Below, piece after piece: positions 34,476 through 46,508 of a stretch of 64,000 bases of DNA (positions within the stretch are counted from its first letter, which is position 1; each line of letters opens with the position of its first letter). The position numbers and the translations under genes were made by a program. Location of the stretch: assembly GCA_004431415.1 (NCBI GenBank), contig QPMI01000435.1, positions 124,001 through 188,000 of the forward strand. Direction: 5' to 3'. The stretch comes from Cyanophora paradoxa CCMP329. Taxonomy: Eukaryota; Plantae; Glaucophyta. Below the pieces are notes generated by a model that was not told the DNA's origin, ran no database searches, and saw only the letters and a list, made by a program, of their open reading frames with translations.

Positions 34476-37400
34476 TCACAGCGCGTCGGGGTCCTCGCTC
34501 TCGTCCGACTCCCGCCCCGTCCACGCGCCACACGCCCCGGCCGCAGCCTCCCCCGCCCCGCCCCCGGGCCCCTCGCGATCGCCCGCCGCCCACGGCCAGC
34601 CTGCCGCCCCCGCGCGTCGGCCCAATGGGCACCAGCGCGGCGAGGGGCGGGGCGGGCTGGCGCCGGCGGACCCTGGAGCATGCGGCGGAGGGCGGGCGGG
34701 GCGACCTCGCCGTGCGGGCGCCCCGCGGCGTCCCGCGGCAGATCCCCGGGCCCGTGCGCCTCTAGCAGCGCCAGCAGCGGCCCCCGCCTCCCCAGCTGCG
34801 CCGCGGGTGTCGGGGTGCAGACGGGGCGCGCGGGCCAGGGCGGGGAGGGGCGCGCCCTGGCGGCGACGTGCAGAGGGGTGGCGCCGCCGCTGTCACGCGC
34901 GGCCAGCAGCTCCCGGAGCGACTCCTGCCGCCGCTCAGAGGGCGCGAAGCGCAGGGCGCGGGGCGGCGCACCCGCCCGCAGCGGAGGAGGGCGCGCAGGA
35001 GCAGGCCGACGTGCCGCCCCGCCGCCGCCACGTGCAGCTGCGATCCCGTCGGGCCGCGTCGGAGGGGAGGCAGGGCGCAGAAGGGGCGCACGGGCGTGCG
35101 GCCGGCGGCGTCGCGGGCGGCGAGGGGCGAGGCGGCGACGAGGGCGTCGGCGGCGCGCTCGACGTCGGGCAGCGCGGCGGGGCCTCCCGCCCACGGGCGC
35201 CGCCACAGCTGCCGCCGCGCGATGCGGTGCAGCGGCGTGCGCCCGCGCAGGTCGGCCGCGCCGGCCGCCTCGGGCCGGGCCCGCAGGAGCGCCTCGAGGA
35301 GGGCGCAGGCGGCGCGCCAGTCGGCCTCGCCGGCGCCGAAGCGGAGGCCGTGGAGGGCGGTGGCGCCCTCCGCGTCCGCCGCGCGCGGGTCGCACCCCGC
35401 CGCCAGCAGCGCCTCCGCGACGCCGTACTCGTTCGCGCGGCACGCCACCGCGAGCGGCGTCCGCCCGGCGGGGTCCGGCGCCGAGAGCGCCCCGGCGAGC
35501 CCGCGGCGGCTGCGAGGATCGGGCCCCAGTGCGCGATTCGCCCCGCCGCCGCCTGCAGCGGAGCCTCGAGTCCGTCAAAATAAAGGGAAAGAAAGCAGGC
35601 GAATTCAGAGGGGCGGACGTGGTGGGCGAGGGTGCGGCCGGCGCCGTCGGTCGCGTCGAGCGCCGCCCCGCGCCCCAGCAGCTTTCCCAGCAGCGCCGCG
35701 ACCTCCTCCGCCTCCTCGCCCCCCGCCCCCGCCTCCGCCTCCGCCCTGCAGCCCGCGCCGGCAGCGCTCAGATGGAAGAGGCGAGGGGCTCCGCGGCCCG
35801 CGCGCGGGGCGCACGCGGCCGGCTCGTCCTCGGCGCGCCCCCTGGCGGGAGGCGAGCTCAGCACCGACGCGGTGCATCGAAGGCAGGCTGTGGCAGAGGC
35901 GCACTCGGCGGGGCCGGCGGGGCGGCGCGGACGGGGCGCGAAGAGGGCGAAGAGGATGGGGGAATCCGGGGGCCCGAGGAGCGGGTCGGCCCCGCGCGCC
36001 AGCAGCGCCCCCGCCGCCCCGTACAGCCGCCCCTCCACCGCCAGCCACAGCGCCGTCCTGCGCCCCGACCCCGGCGTCAGCCGCGCGGGGAAAGTGCGGG
36101 GGAAGGGCGGCGCGCTTCTGGTGCTCGTCCCGGGCGTCGAGGGGCAGGGGCCGCCCCGCCGCCCCCGCCTCCAGCAGCGCCTGCACCCGGGTCAGGCGGC
36201 GGCGCGGGCGCACACGGCGAGGGGCGGGCGGGCCTCGAGGCAGGCGGGGCGGCGGGCGGCGGCGGCGGCGTGGAGCGGGGTGCGGCCGGCGCGGTCGCGG
36301 GCGGCGGGGTCGGCGCCGGCGCGCAGGAGCAGCCGCAGGGCCTCCGGGCTGGCGGCGGCGGCGGCGAGGTGCAGCGGCGCCTTCCCCTCCAAATCCGCCA
36401 GCGACGCGTCCACCCCGGGCAGCTGCGCGCGGCTCCTCGGAACCCGAGGGGGGGGGGGGAGGCGCGGGGGGTACCTGGAGGAGGGCGTGGAGGAAGCGGG
36501 GCGGGGCGGGGGCGGGCCCCTCGAGGGCGGCGTGGAGGGCCGTGCGGCCGCGCCCGTCCCGCTCGTTCACGTCCGCATCGGGCCGCACTGGCGGAAAAGG
36601 CCGCGGTCAGAGCTCGAGGGCGGGGGCGCAGGCGGGCGGGGGCGGGGCCGGGCGGACGCTGGGCGATCTCGGCGAACTCGGGGAGGCGGCAGCGGACGGC
36701 GGCGAGCAGCGCGCCCCGCAGCGCCGCCGGCGTCGCCAGCGCCACCAGCAGCCGCAGCACCGGCCGCAGCGGCCGCGCAGCCGCCGCCGCCGCCGCTGTC
36801 CCGCACGGCTCCGCCTCGAGCTCCGCCGCCGCCTCCGCCTCGGCCGCGCGGGCGGCCGCCAGCGCCTCGAGCGCCGCCACGAGCGGCGTCCTGCCCTCCT
36901 CGTCTGCGCGCCGCCGCTCGGTCAAGAGAGCAGCGGAAATGGGACTGCTCGGGGGCGGACCGAGGGACTCGAGGAGGCGGGGCCGGGCCTCGGCGATGGT
37001 GCGGATGGCCTCGGCCAGCGTCGGGTCCTCCTCGGGGCGGGCGGCGAGCGCGTGCAGCGCCCCCCGGCGGCCGGGGTCGGCGCCCAGGGCGAGGAGAGCG
37101 CGGAGGACGGGGATGGAGAACGAGGCCTCCGGGTGCTGGAGCATCACCTCCAGCGGCGTCCGCCCCGCCTCGTTCGCAGCAGGCTGGTTCGCCAGCGGTC
37201 CCAGGCCCATCCCCGCCAGGATCTGCCGGCGAGGGCGGGGGGCGGCGTCCTCAGGGGAGGTGGCGGGGGGCGCGGGAGGGGCGCGGGGCGGGCGCCTGGG
37301 GGAGGTCGGCGGGGTGGCACTCGGAGGGGTCGCAGGGCGCCAGCAGGTGCAGCGCGTTCTCCCCCGGCTGGGCCGACCTGCCGCCCGGGCTCAGGGGGTA

Positions 37401-40400
37401 CATGGCGAGACGCGGGGAGGGGGTAGGCGCACGTGTCGGAGACGCTGTAGAGGCTGGTGGGGTACGGGGCGACCTGCGCCCCGCCCGTGTCAGAGAACGA
37501 AGCGGGCGGGCGGGCCGGGGGACGGGGCGCGCGAAGGGGTCGGGGAAGAGGGGCCCGCAGGGGCGGACGAGGGCGGCCTGCGGGGTTCGGGATCGAACGG
37601 ACGGGCGCGTCGGGATCGAACGAATTCGAGCGGGCGCACCTGGGAGGCGCCGAGCTCGAGGAGGCGGCCGGCGACCGCCCACATGAGCCCGTCCACCGCC
37701 CCTGCGCCCTCGTGAGGGGCCGGAGGGGGCGCGGGGGGCCGGGGCCGAGGGCGGGAAGCACGGAGGAAGGGCGTGCGGCCGTTGCCGTCCACCGCCTCGA
37801 GCCCCGCACACGGGCCCAGGCCCAGCGCCACCTGCCGGCGAGCGTTTGGCGGGGGGAGAAGGCGGCAGGGGGGTACGGGAGCGCGCCTCCTGGAGGGTGG
37901 GCTCGACGAGCCGCAGCTGCTCGGCTTCCGACTGCTCCACCTCCGCCAGCTCCAGCTGCGGGGGGTATCGGGAAGGGCGGGGGGGAGAAGGCCGGGGTAC
38001 GCGCGTCGTCGAAGGCGCCGGAGGTGAGAAGGCGGAGGGCGGGGCGGGCGGCGCGCAGGGGCGCGAGGGCCGCCGCGAGGTCCCCGGGGGGCGCCACCGG
38101 CAGCTCCGGCGTCGGCGCCCGCGGCCGGCACTGCCCCCCGTCAGCTCCGGGGGGGGGGATGAAGCGGAGGGGGGTGCACGATGTAGAGGAAGGAGAGGCG
38201 GGGGCTCCCCTCCGCGAGCTCCGCCAGAACCTCCGCCGCCGCCTGGGGGAGAGGATGAGCGGGGGGAGAAGGACGACGAGGGGTACGGGTGCCTCGTCGA
38301 GGACGGTGTCGCTGGCGTCGAGGGCCGTCAGCGCCGGCAGCCTGCGCCCCGCCGCGTCGGACCCGGCGAGCGCGGGCGGGGCGGGGCGGGGCGGGGCGGG
38401 GCGGGGGCGGGCGGACGGGATGGCGCGGAGGGAGCCGAGGGCCGACTTGGGCGCCTTGCGCCCCTCCTTCCCCTGGAAGACCGCCGTCGACCTGCCCCCG
38501 CCACGTCAGGGCTCGCAATGGGAGGGCGTCTCTCTCTCGAGGCCCCAGGGCTCGCAATGGGGGGAGGAGCTCGCAATGCTCTCCCAGGCTCTCTCGCCGG
38601 GGGACGCGGGGCGCACGAGATGTAGAGGGCGCGGAGGGAGGCGGCGGAGGCCTCGACGAGGTCGACGAGCACGCCCCGCGCCACTTGCGCGAACGAGAGG
38701 TTCAGCACCTGCCGCGCGCGGGGCGAGGAGGAGTCAGGGGGGCGGTCGGGGGGAGAGGAGGGGGCGGGGGCGCCTGGAGGGAGGGCGGGGCGGGGTGGAT
38801 GCGCTCGCGGAGGACGCAGGGCGCGAAGGCGAGGGAGAGGTGCGTCAGGTTCTGCAGCGGCGGCAGCAGCTGCACGGCGGGCCCGGGCCAGAGCGAGGTC
38901 AGCGGGCAGCGCGGCGCCGGCGGCGGGGGGCCTCGGAGCGGGGAGGAGCGGACGGAGCGGAAGTCGGCGGCGGAGAGGCGGGCGATGTGGCCCGCGCGGA
39001 GGCGCCGCACGTACTCGCGCATCCGCCGGCACGAGGCGAGCACGAAGCCCGCCGGGTCGCCGGCCTGCGCGCAGGAGTGAGGCGAGGAGCGGGGGGCCGT
39101 CCAGAGGGAAGGCGGGGGCGCACGGCGAAGGACGGCTCCTCGAACCAGTCCGGCTGCCAGCAGAGCGCCCGCAGCCGCCGCGAGGCCCGCCCCACGCCCC
39201 GCAGCGCCCCCGCCGGGCCCCCCTCGTCCACGAGCGGCTGCAGGATCCGCACCAGAATCTCGTCTGCGGTACGGGTTACTCGGAGGTGGGGGGTGGGGGA
39301 AGGGAAAGATCTGGAGGGGGGAATGAGAGCGGGGCGCACCGGGGAGCTGCTCGAAGGGGGAGAGGCTTTCGAGCGGGGGTAGAGGCGGGGAGGGCGGGCG
39401 GGGGGTCGGGGAGGAGGGGCCGGGTTCCGGGGGCGGCGAGGGGACGGAGGCGGTCCGATTGGCGGGCCGGCCTGGGCCTGCGTGGGTACGGTGAGATGGA
39501 GCAGCGGGGCGAGAGGGGCGGCGTGGCACCGGTGGGGGGGTTGGGGGCGGCCTTGGGGCTGACTGGATCGGGGGCCTGCTGCTGGGCCCGAAGGTTGGAG
39601 GAGGGGCCGGAGGGGGGCGGCGCGGAGCGCAGCACGGGGCGGTGGGGAGCGGGGGCGGCGGGGGCGGGGGCGGAGAAGATGCGCCCGGATCGGAGGGACG
39701 AGGGAGCGTCGAGGTCTGGAGGGGTCGCGGGACGGGCCGCGGGGGCCGCACGGGCCGGAGCGGGGGCGGGGCGGGGCTCCTGGCTCGGGGGTACGGGTGC
39801 CGTCGCCTTGGTTTTAGCGGCCTCCGGAGCGGCGGAGGGGCCCGGAGCTGGTGCGGCCTTGGGCGCCGCTTGGGGACGGGCGGGCGCCGCCCCCGGGGCG
39901 GGGGCCGCGCTGGGGGGCGCCGAGGAGGGGCGCGCGCCGCCGGGGGGCGCCGAGAGAGGCTGGGGCCTCGCGAACACGGGCATGATGGGGTACGCGGGTG
40001 CAAAGCTGAAGGCGGGGTACACGATGCCCGGGGGGTACTGGACGCGGTGCTGCTGGGGGTACTGGACCGCAGGGTGGCGGTGGCTGCCGGCAAGGGCGGA
40101 TGGGGACGCCTGTGCTGCGGGCGCGGGGAGGTACTGCGGGGGAGCCGTCGAGGGGGCCGCCCCGTACCAGCCCGGCGACTGCAGGCGCGGGGCCTGCGCC
40201 GCCGCCGCCGCCGCCGCCGGCGCGTAAGTTGCGCCGGGCAACAGCGCCTGTGGCGGGGGAGGCTGCGAGAGCGACGGCGGAGGCGCCAACCGCGGCCCCG
40301 GCTGCATGCTGGAGCCGGCCGCCGTCTGTATGCCGGCGCCAGGGGCGGGACGGATGCCGGCGCCGGGAGCCGCTTGCATGCCGGGGCCGGGCGCGTGATG

Positions 40401-41423
40401 GATGCCGGAGCCGGATGCGGGATAGGAGCCGGGCAAAGGATTGATGCCGGAGCCGGATGCGTGACGGGGGCTGGAAGCGGGCACCGCTTGGATGCCGGGG
40501 CCGGGCGCGGGTTGGATGCCTGGGCCGGGGGCGTGCCTGATCAAGGTTTTGCGGGGCGCTGCAGCTTGGCTTGACGCGGCCGCGGGCCCGCGGGCTGACG
40601 GGGGCGGGCCGATCCCGATGGAGCGCGCGTGCGCAGACGTGGCCAGCGCGCTGCTGCTCGCCGCGTGCGGCGGCGGACCCGGGCCGCAGAGCAGAGGCGG
40701 TGGGGGCCGGGGCCGCGCTGCGGTTGTCGCTGCCACCTCTGCCGCCGCTGGCGCGCGCTGTGCCGCCCAGCTGTGCGGTACGAGCCCCGGGGCGGACGAT
40801 CCCTGGGCCGCGATCGGAGCACGCGGGGAGGCAGCCTCGAGATCCGCAGACGGGCCCCGCGCCGCGGGCGCGCCCCAGACAGGAGACCCCCGGCTCCGCT
40901 CGCCGAGCCCAGCGACGCTGGCGCTTGCGGCTTCGGAATGCTGCTGAGAATACCAGTTCGTGTTCTCGCGCGCCTGAGCCGGCACGTTTGCCTGAGCAAG
41001 CTGCGGTTGCGGCGTTCCCGCTGGCGCCGCGTCCTCGCTGGCTACGCGCGCGGATAGGACGCGGTACAGCTGCGCTGTTGTAGATGGTGTAGATGACGTT
41101 CCTGCTGCGCCGCGAGCGACGGCCATGCCCGCTGCCGATGCATCCGAGGCGCGCAGTTCAAAAGGAGCCTGCAACTGCGGACGCTGCAGCGGAGCGGATC
41201 CCCAAACGGGCGGCGTTTCCGGTTGAAAAGAGAACGCTGGAAGGTACACATGCGCTTCCGGATCACGGTTGCGAGCCTGCTGCACCTCCGCACCCAGCAG
41301 CCGCGCTCGCTTTGCGTCGTCGAGCGCGCGGGCTGGCCATGACGGCTCCGGTCGCTCCCGCTTTGGCGTACTGTGACCGAAAGCTAGCTCGTTTGCGAGC
41401 GCTTCCTCGATCTCGCGCTCCAT
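34476..41423 (-). CDS. Large F-box/LRR/ankyrin-repeat protein with a long Pro/Ala-rich N-terminus (spliced)
   Basis: F-box SPFEQLP|DEILVRILQPL...LRGVGRASRRLRAL (~39360-39160). LRR-like LQNLTHLSLA and VLNLSFAQV. Many ankyrin motifs (DGNGRTP, NEAGRTPL, DEEGRTPL, DGRGRTALH, DLEGKAPLHLAA, DRAGRTPLH, DSGGATPLH). Stop at 34476-34478. Confidence 0.78.
40290..40530 (-). repeat. Coding octapeptide (24-nt) repeat (P/S)G(P/S/A)G(I/M)xxA, about 9 degenerate copies
   Basis: PGPGIQPA PGPGIQAV ... SGSGIHHA PGPGMQAA PGAGIRPA PGAGIQTA in the 39276..41423 ORF. Confidence 0.8.
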
Positions 41424-41788
41424 GCGTAGCGCCTACACTTTTGAAATCTCGGTACCCGCGCGCGACGCCAAACTTGCGGCCAAAGTTGCGGCCAAACTGA
41501 CGAACTGGAAGGCCCGCCCCACGCCCATCGACTCTCCGTCCATCCATCTGCACGCGCTATTGTAAAGACGCTGCGGAAGCTGCAGCTGCGTTCTCTTCCG
41601 CGAGATCAGCTCGCCGCTCCAGGCGATCCGCAGCGCGGTGAGCCCCGAGGCGCGTGCAGATAGCTGCAACCTTTGCTAGCAAACCTGGATCGATGCGCGA
41701 TCGCCCTCCCTGATCTTGCGATCCTTCTGCAGCTGCCCGCCGACAGTTGTCCGCAGAAGCACGGATCGCGGATCTCGTCGCTGCATCC

Positions 41789-44002
41789 ATGTCAAGCCCC
41801 AAACGTAGGAAGACCGGATCGCCGGCGCCGGAGCCGGCGCCCGCACCAGCTGTAGCTGGCGCTGCAGATAGCGCCTCAAGCTTCCAATCTCATGCGCATG
41901 CGCACGCCGGCGCCGCGGGCGCGAGTGCGCAAGGAGATCAGCAACCGGAGGCCGCTGCGGCAGCGTCGCTGTTCGACCGGCTGCCCGACGCGATCCTCTC
42001 ACAAATCCTCGAGTGCCTGGGCCTGCGGGCCGCGGCGCAGGCGCGCGCCGTCTGCGTCCGCTGGCGCGAGGCGGCCGCCGCCGTCCTCTGGAAGCGGCTG
42101 GACTTCGAATTCTCTCAGAGCGCGGAGATCGCCGATGCGCTCGCGGGACTCGCTGCCGCCTGCATTGCGCGAGGCGACGGCGACCCCGGCGCGGCCGCGG
42201 CGGCGCCGGCCGCCGGCCGCCCGTGGATCCGCGCGGCGCCCGGAGCGTCGCTGCTTCTGGAGACCGGTGTGCATGCGTTTGCGCCGCCGACGACTCCGCG
42301 GCCGCCGGTGAACCCGCTGCCGAACGCCGTCGCGCTCGTCGCGGCGTGCGCGGCGGCGAGCGGCGGCCTGGGCAGCGTCGACGCGCACTTCACCTTCGCC
42401 GTCGGCGTGGGCGGGTGTATCCTCGGCCTGCTGGGCGCCCTCGTGCCGCCGGGCGCGGCGGCCTGCCCCGCGCTGCGCAGCCTGGCGCTGCGGTGCGAGG
42501 AGCACGCGCGGGCCCCCGAGGAGTGGGAGGAGTGGCGCCTGCCCGACGCCTTCCCCGCCGACCTGGGGCGCGCCCTCGCCGCCCTGCCCAACCTCGAGAG
42601 GCTCCTCCTGCCCCGCTGCTGCGCCGCCGACGAGCGCGTGGCGGAGGCCCTCGCCGCGTCCCTCCCGCGCCTCAGGCGGGTCCGCGCGCCCCCGGTGCCC
42701 CCGCGCGCAGCGCTCGGGCCCCGTTGACCCGAGCGGCAGCTGGAGATCAACGTCTGGGACGACGCGGCCGCCGGCTGCCTCGCGGCCCTCCCCGGCGGCC
42801 TCGAGGTCCTCGCGCTCCACGCCGCGCTCTCCGACCCGTTCGACGGGGCGCCCCGGGAGGCTGCGCCCCTGCTCGAGGCCCTCGCCGCCGGCCCCTCCGC
42901 CGCCTCCCTCAAGGAGTGAGCGAGCGGCCCCGCCCCCGCCCGCCCCGCCGCGCCCCGACCGGCGCCCCGCGCGCTGCAGGCTCCGTATCCCGGAGTCGTA
43001 TCAACTCTGCGGGGCCGCCCTGCGCGCCCTCCCGCGCCTCCCCGCCCTCCAGCGCCTCCTCCACGCGCCCCCCGTGGTCCGACCTCCGCCCCGCGCTCTT
43101 ATGCTCAAGGCGGTCTCTTCATGCCGATCTAACTTGCCGAGCTGCTCTCGATTCCAGATGCTCGGGGGGGACGAGGACCTGTCCCTCCTGGGCGACTGCG
43201 CGGCGCTCGCGGAGCTGCCGGCGCTGCACCTGTGGCCCACCGGCGAGGGGGCCCCGGCGCGGCTCGCCGGCCTCCTCGCCGGCCTCGCCGCCGCCCTCGA
43301 GCGCTCGACGTCGCTCTCAGGCCTGAACATCTGCATCCGTGCGCGCCAGCTCGCCGCCCGCCCCGCGCCGCCCCTCCTGCACTTCACTCCTCTGACGTCG
43401 GCCGCGGTCCGGGGGCAGGCGCGCGGCCACCGTGGCCGGAGGCCCTCGCGGCGCTCGCGGCGCTGGTGCGCGCGGCCGGCGGGCGGCACTCCCTCGAGCT
43501 GGAGGTCGACCTGGCGGCAAGGGAAACCGCCGAGGTCGCGGCGGCGCTGGCGGCCGCCCCGACCCGCCGCCTCGCCTTAAAAGTCTCGGTCGACGAGGCG
43601 GCGCTGGAGGGCGGCCTGCTGGCCGGCCTCGCCGCCTTCGCCGCCTGCTCCGAGGACATCGAGGTCCGCCCCGCCCGCCCGCCCGCCCGCCCGCCCGGAC
43701 GAAGCCGGCCCGGCCCGCCCCCGCCCGAGCCGAGCCGGCGGGGCGCGCAGCTGCGCCTGCGGGTCGGGTGGCGGGCGGATCAGATGTGGCGAGAGCCGCG
43801 CTCGACGATGTTCGGCTCGCTGGTCGAGGAGGAGGGGCAGGTGCACTTCGAGGTGGAGCCGGGGGGCCCCGGGCGCCTGCCAAGCTCCGGCGACGAGGAG
43901 GCCGACGCACGCGCCTTCGCCGCGAAGGCACGGCTCCTCGAGGCGGCCGTGCGCGCGCTCCCCGGCGCCGCCGCCGCCCTCTACGACTACCGCCGGCCCT
44001 GA
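41789..44002 (+). CDS. F-box/LRR-like protein (spliced)
   Basis: NLS-like PKRRK. F-box SLFDRLPDAILSQILECLGLRAAAQARAVCVRWREAA. LRR-like units CPALRSLAL, LPNLERLLL and LPRLRR. Confidence 0.82.
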
Positions 44003-44232
44003 GACTCCGCCCCCTGACCTCCGCGCCTGCCTCCCGCATCCGCTTTGGACCAGCTATGGAGATGGAAGGCGCTCATCGAGCCAGCGCTCGGTCCTTATGT
44101 TTTAGCTCGAGCTCGTGTGTTTATTTCTGATAGCAGTCATGATCAGTTCTAGATCTTAAGCTTGTTTAATTTCGTATTCCTGTACATGTCGGGCCAAAGC
44201 AACTATATGTGGATACTGCCGCTCTGCGTCCG

Positions 44233-45598
44233 TCACCGGCCGAGGCCGTGGATGTTGGCGCCGCCGCGTCCGCCGGGCCCGGGGCCCCTCCGCGCGGCCC
44301 CCTGCCCCTGCCCCTGGCCCCTGCCGCGCCGGCGTCAGTCGCCGAGGACGGCGCGCAAGCGGCAATCCAAGCCTGCGCTTGCGGCAATCCAAGTCTGCGC
44401 CCTTGCCGGCGCGCGCGCGCACCCCTGGGCGGGTGCCGAGGCGGAGCCGAGGAAGCCCTCGCGCTTGAGGGCGCGCCAGGCGGTGCGGATGCCGCTGATG
44501 GGCCCGAAGCCCCCCGCCGCGATGTGCGGCTCGTCCCCCTCCAGCCCCTCCCCCTCGCCCCCGCCCGACATCACCACCTGCTGCGTGGCGCCGCTCGCGG
44601 GGGCCTCGCCCCTGCGCGCGCGCACGTCCGCCAGCGAGTGCGCCTCGTTGCCGAAGGCCCGCCCCGCGCCCTCCCGCCGCCTCAGCCCGCCGCCGCCCTC
44701 CCCGCCGGCCCCCACCGCCGGCGCCGCCGCCCCGTACGTCTGCCGCAGGTGCCGCTCCAGCTCGGGGTTCGGGCCTGCAGGTCCCCGCCCCGCTCGGCTT
44801 GGCCTCCTGGCGGGGGGGCGGGGGGCGCACCGAACTGCCACAGGCCGGAGCCCGGGACGCGCTGCGGCGCCCCCTCGCGCGTGCGCCCCGCGGCGTCGCC
44901 CGCAGGCAGGTCCGCCAGCGTCGCCGTCCTGCCGGCAGTCAGGCGCGGCCCCGGCCCGGCGCGGGGGAGAGGCGAGCGGACCGGGCCCGCCCGGGGGCGC
45001 CCGGGGCCGATGAGGAGGAGGAGGAGGAGGACGCGGCACCACCGCCGGAGCCCATCCCCGCCAGCTCCTTGAGGGACCGCCCGCACTCCGCCAGGTTCGA
45101 GGGGCTGGGGTACAGCGGTGAGTGCGATCCCCGCAGCCAAGGAGCGAAGGATTACCCCTCCCGCACCTGAAGAGCTCCGCGATGCCGCGCACGGGGGCGA
45201 GGAGGATGTCCGCGTAGGACGGGCCCGCCCGCGGCCCCGCGCCGGGCCCTCCCGCCTGCGAACCAGGAGAAGAACGAAGCGGGCGCCGGTCAGTCGGGGG
45301 GGTACAGTAGCGCGCGGATGTGCGGCGCGGGGGCACCGTCGCGGGGGTCCTCCCCGGGGGCGCGTGGAAGGGGCCGGGGTCGGCGCCGGGGCCGCCGCGG
45401 CCGCGCCGCCGCGCCTCGGCCTCGAACTGGGCGGCGAGGCGCTGGGCGAGGGCGGCGTCGGCGTCGGCGTCGGGGCCCGGGGGGCCCCGGGCGGCGAGGG
45501 CGGGCGGGCCCCGCGGCCGGCCCCCGCCGCGCCTCCGCGTCGAACTCGGCCTGCAGCCGCGCCGCCAGCGCCGCGTCCTCGTCGACCTCCTGCCCACT

Positions 45599-45629
<31 letters not shown>

Positions 45630-46101
45630 CGCGGACTCCGCGGCGGGGCGGCCGCCGGCGCCGGCGCCGGAGCCGAGGACCTCGCAGGCGCGGCGGCGGC
45701 CGTGGCGGAGGGCGGCTGCGGCTGCAGTTCCTCTTCCTCCTCCATCTGCCGGCCGGCTTAGGGCGCGCGCCGGGCCCGGGGGCGGATGCGCGCGTGCAAG
45801 CGGGGGCTGACTCTAATGACGAGCGTGGCCGTGGGCGTCAGCTCCATGTCGACGACGCTCAGCTGCACCTCTCCCGCGTAGTCGTCCAAGATGCGCACGG
45901 GAAACGTGGTCGCCAGCTGTGTGGGAAGTGAGGCCGGCAGCGGAGCGCGACCCGAGTTGCGCTCACCTTGAAGCGCGCGCGCGGCACGTCCTTCAAGATG
46001 TTCTCGCGGACATGCCTCCTCAGGTCGCTGAGAGTGGCGGTCCGGTCGAAGCGAGCGATCGAGTGGCCAGAAGGCCCGCGGAAGTTGATGGTGCAGGCCA
46101 T
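44233..46101 (-). CDS. UBX-domain protein (p97/Cdc48 cofactor-like) with MIU/UIM-like ubiquitin-binding motifs (spliced)
   Basis: MACTINFRGPSGHSIARFDRTATLSDLRRHV...RFK|LATTFPVRIL...DMELTPTATLVI matches the UBX consensus with its FP loop. EDAALAARLQAEF and DAALAQRLAAQF are MIU-like. The spliced end reads GGANIHGLGR*. Confidence 0.72.
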
Positions 46102-46406
46102 CGCTACTGCTTATGCAAGAGACCACGCGTACGCTGGCGGTGATGGTGCTGGTGCGAGAGACCACACGTACGCTGGCGCTGGGGTCACTTGGCCGGTCGG
46201 CCAGTTGCTTGGCTGCGCGCTGAGCCTGCTTGTCTGAGGCAGAGTTTTCTCGTGCGGGCCGGCGCGGCTCGCGCGGCTGCGGTTCCGAGTGTTTGACTGT
46301 ACCCTTGAGGGGGGTGAAGTTCGAAAAAAAGAGCTTCACACGCGCGGCCTCAGTCTCAGATCGCATCGCAGCCGGCGCCAGCCGCCGCCGATAAGCAACG
46401 AAATTT

Positions 46407-46508
46407 GTATACGCCCAGAATCGACCATGCAGCTAGAATCTCTGCCCTTCGATGTCGGTATACGCCCAGAAACGATCATGCAGCTGGAATCTCTGCCCCT
46501 CGACGTGC
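46407..46508 (+). repeat. 51-bp tandem duplication spanning the start codon of the F-box/ankyrin gene
   Basis: gtatacgcccagaa..ga.catgcagct.gaatctctgccc.tcga.gt occurs twice, giving in-frame ATGs at 46427 and 46478. Confidence 0.9.

Noticed and set aside
34680-39382. Very long plus-strand ORFs (1011, 852, 684 and 641 aa)
   Set aside because: Antisense shadows of the GC-rich minus-strand ankyrin gene, with no recognisable domains.
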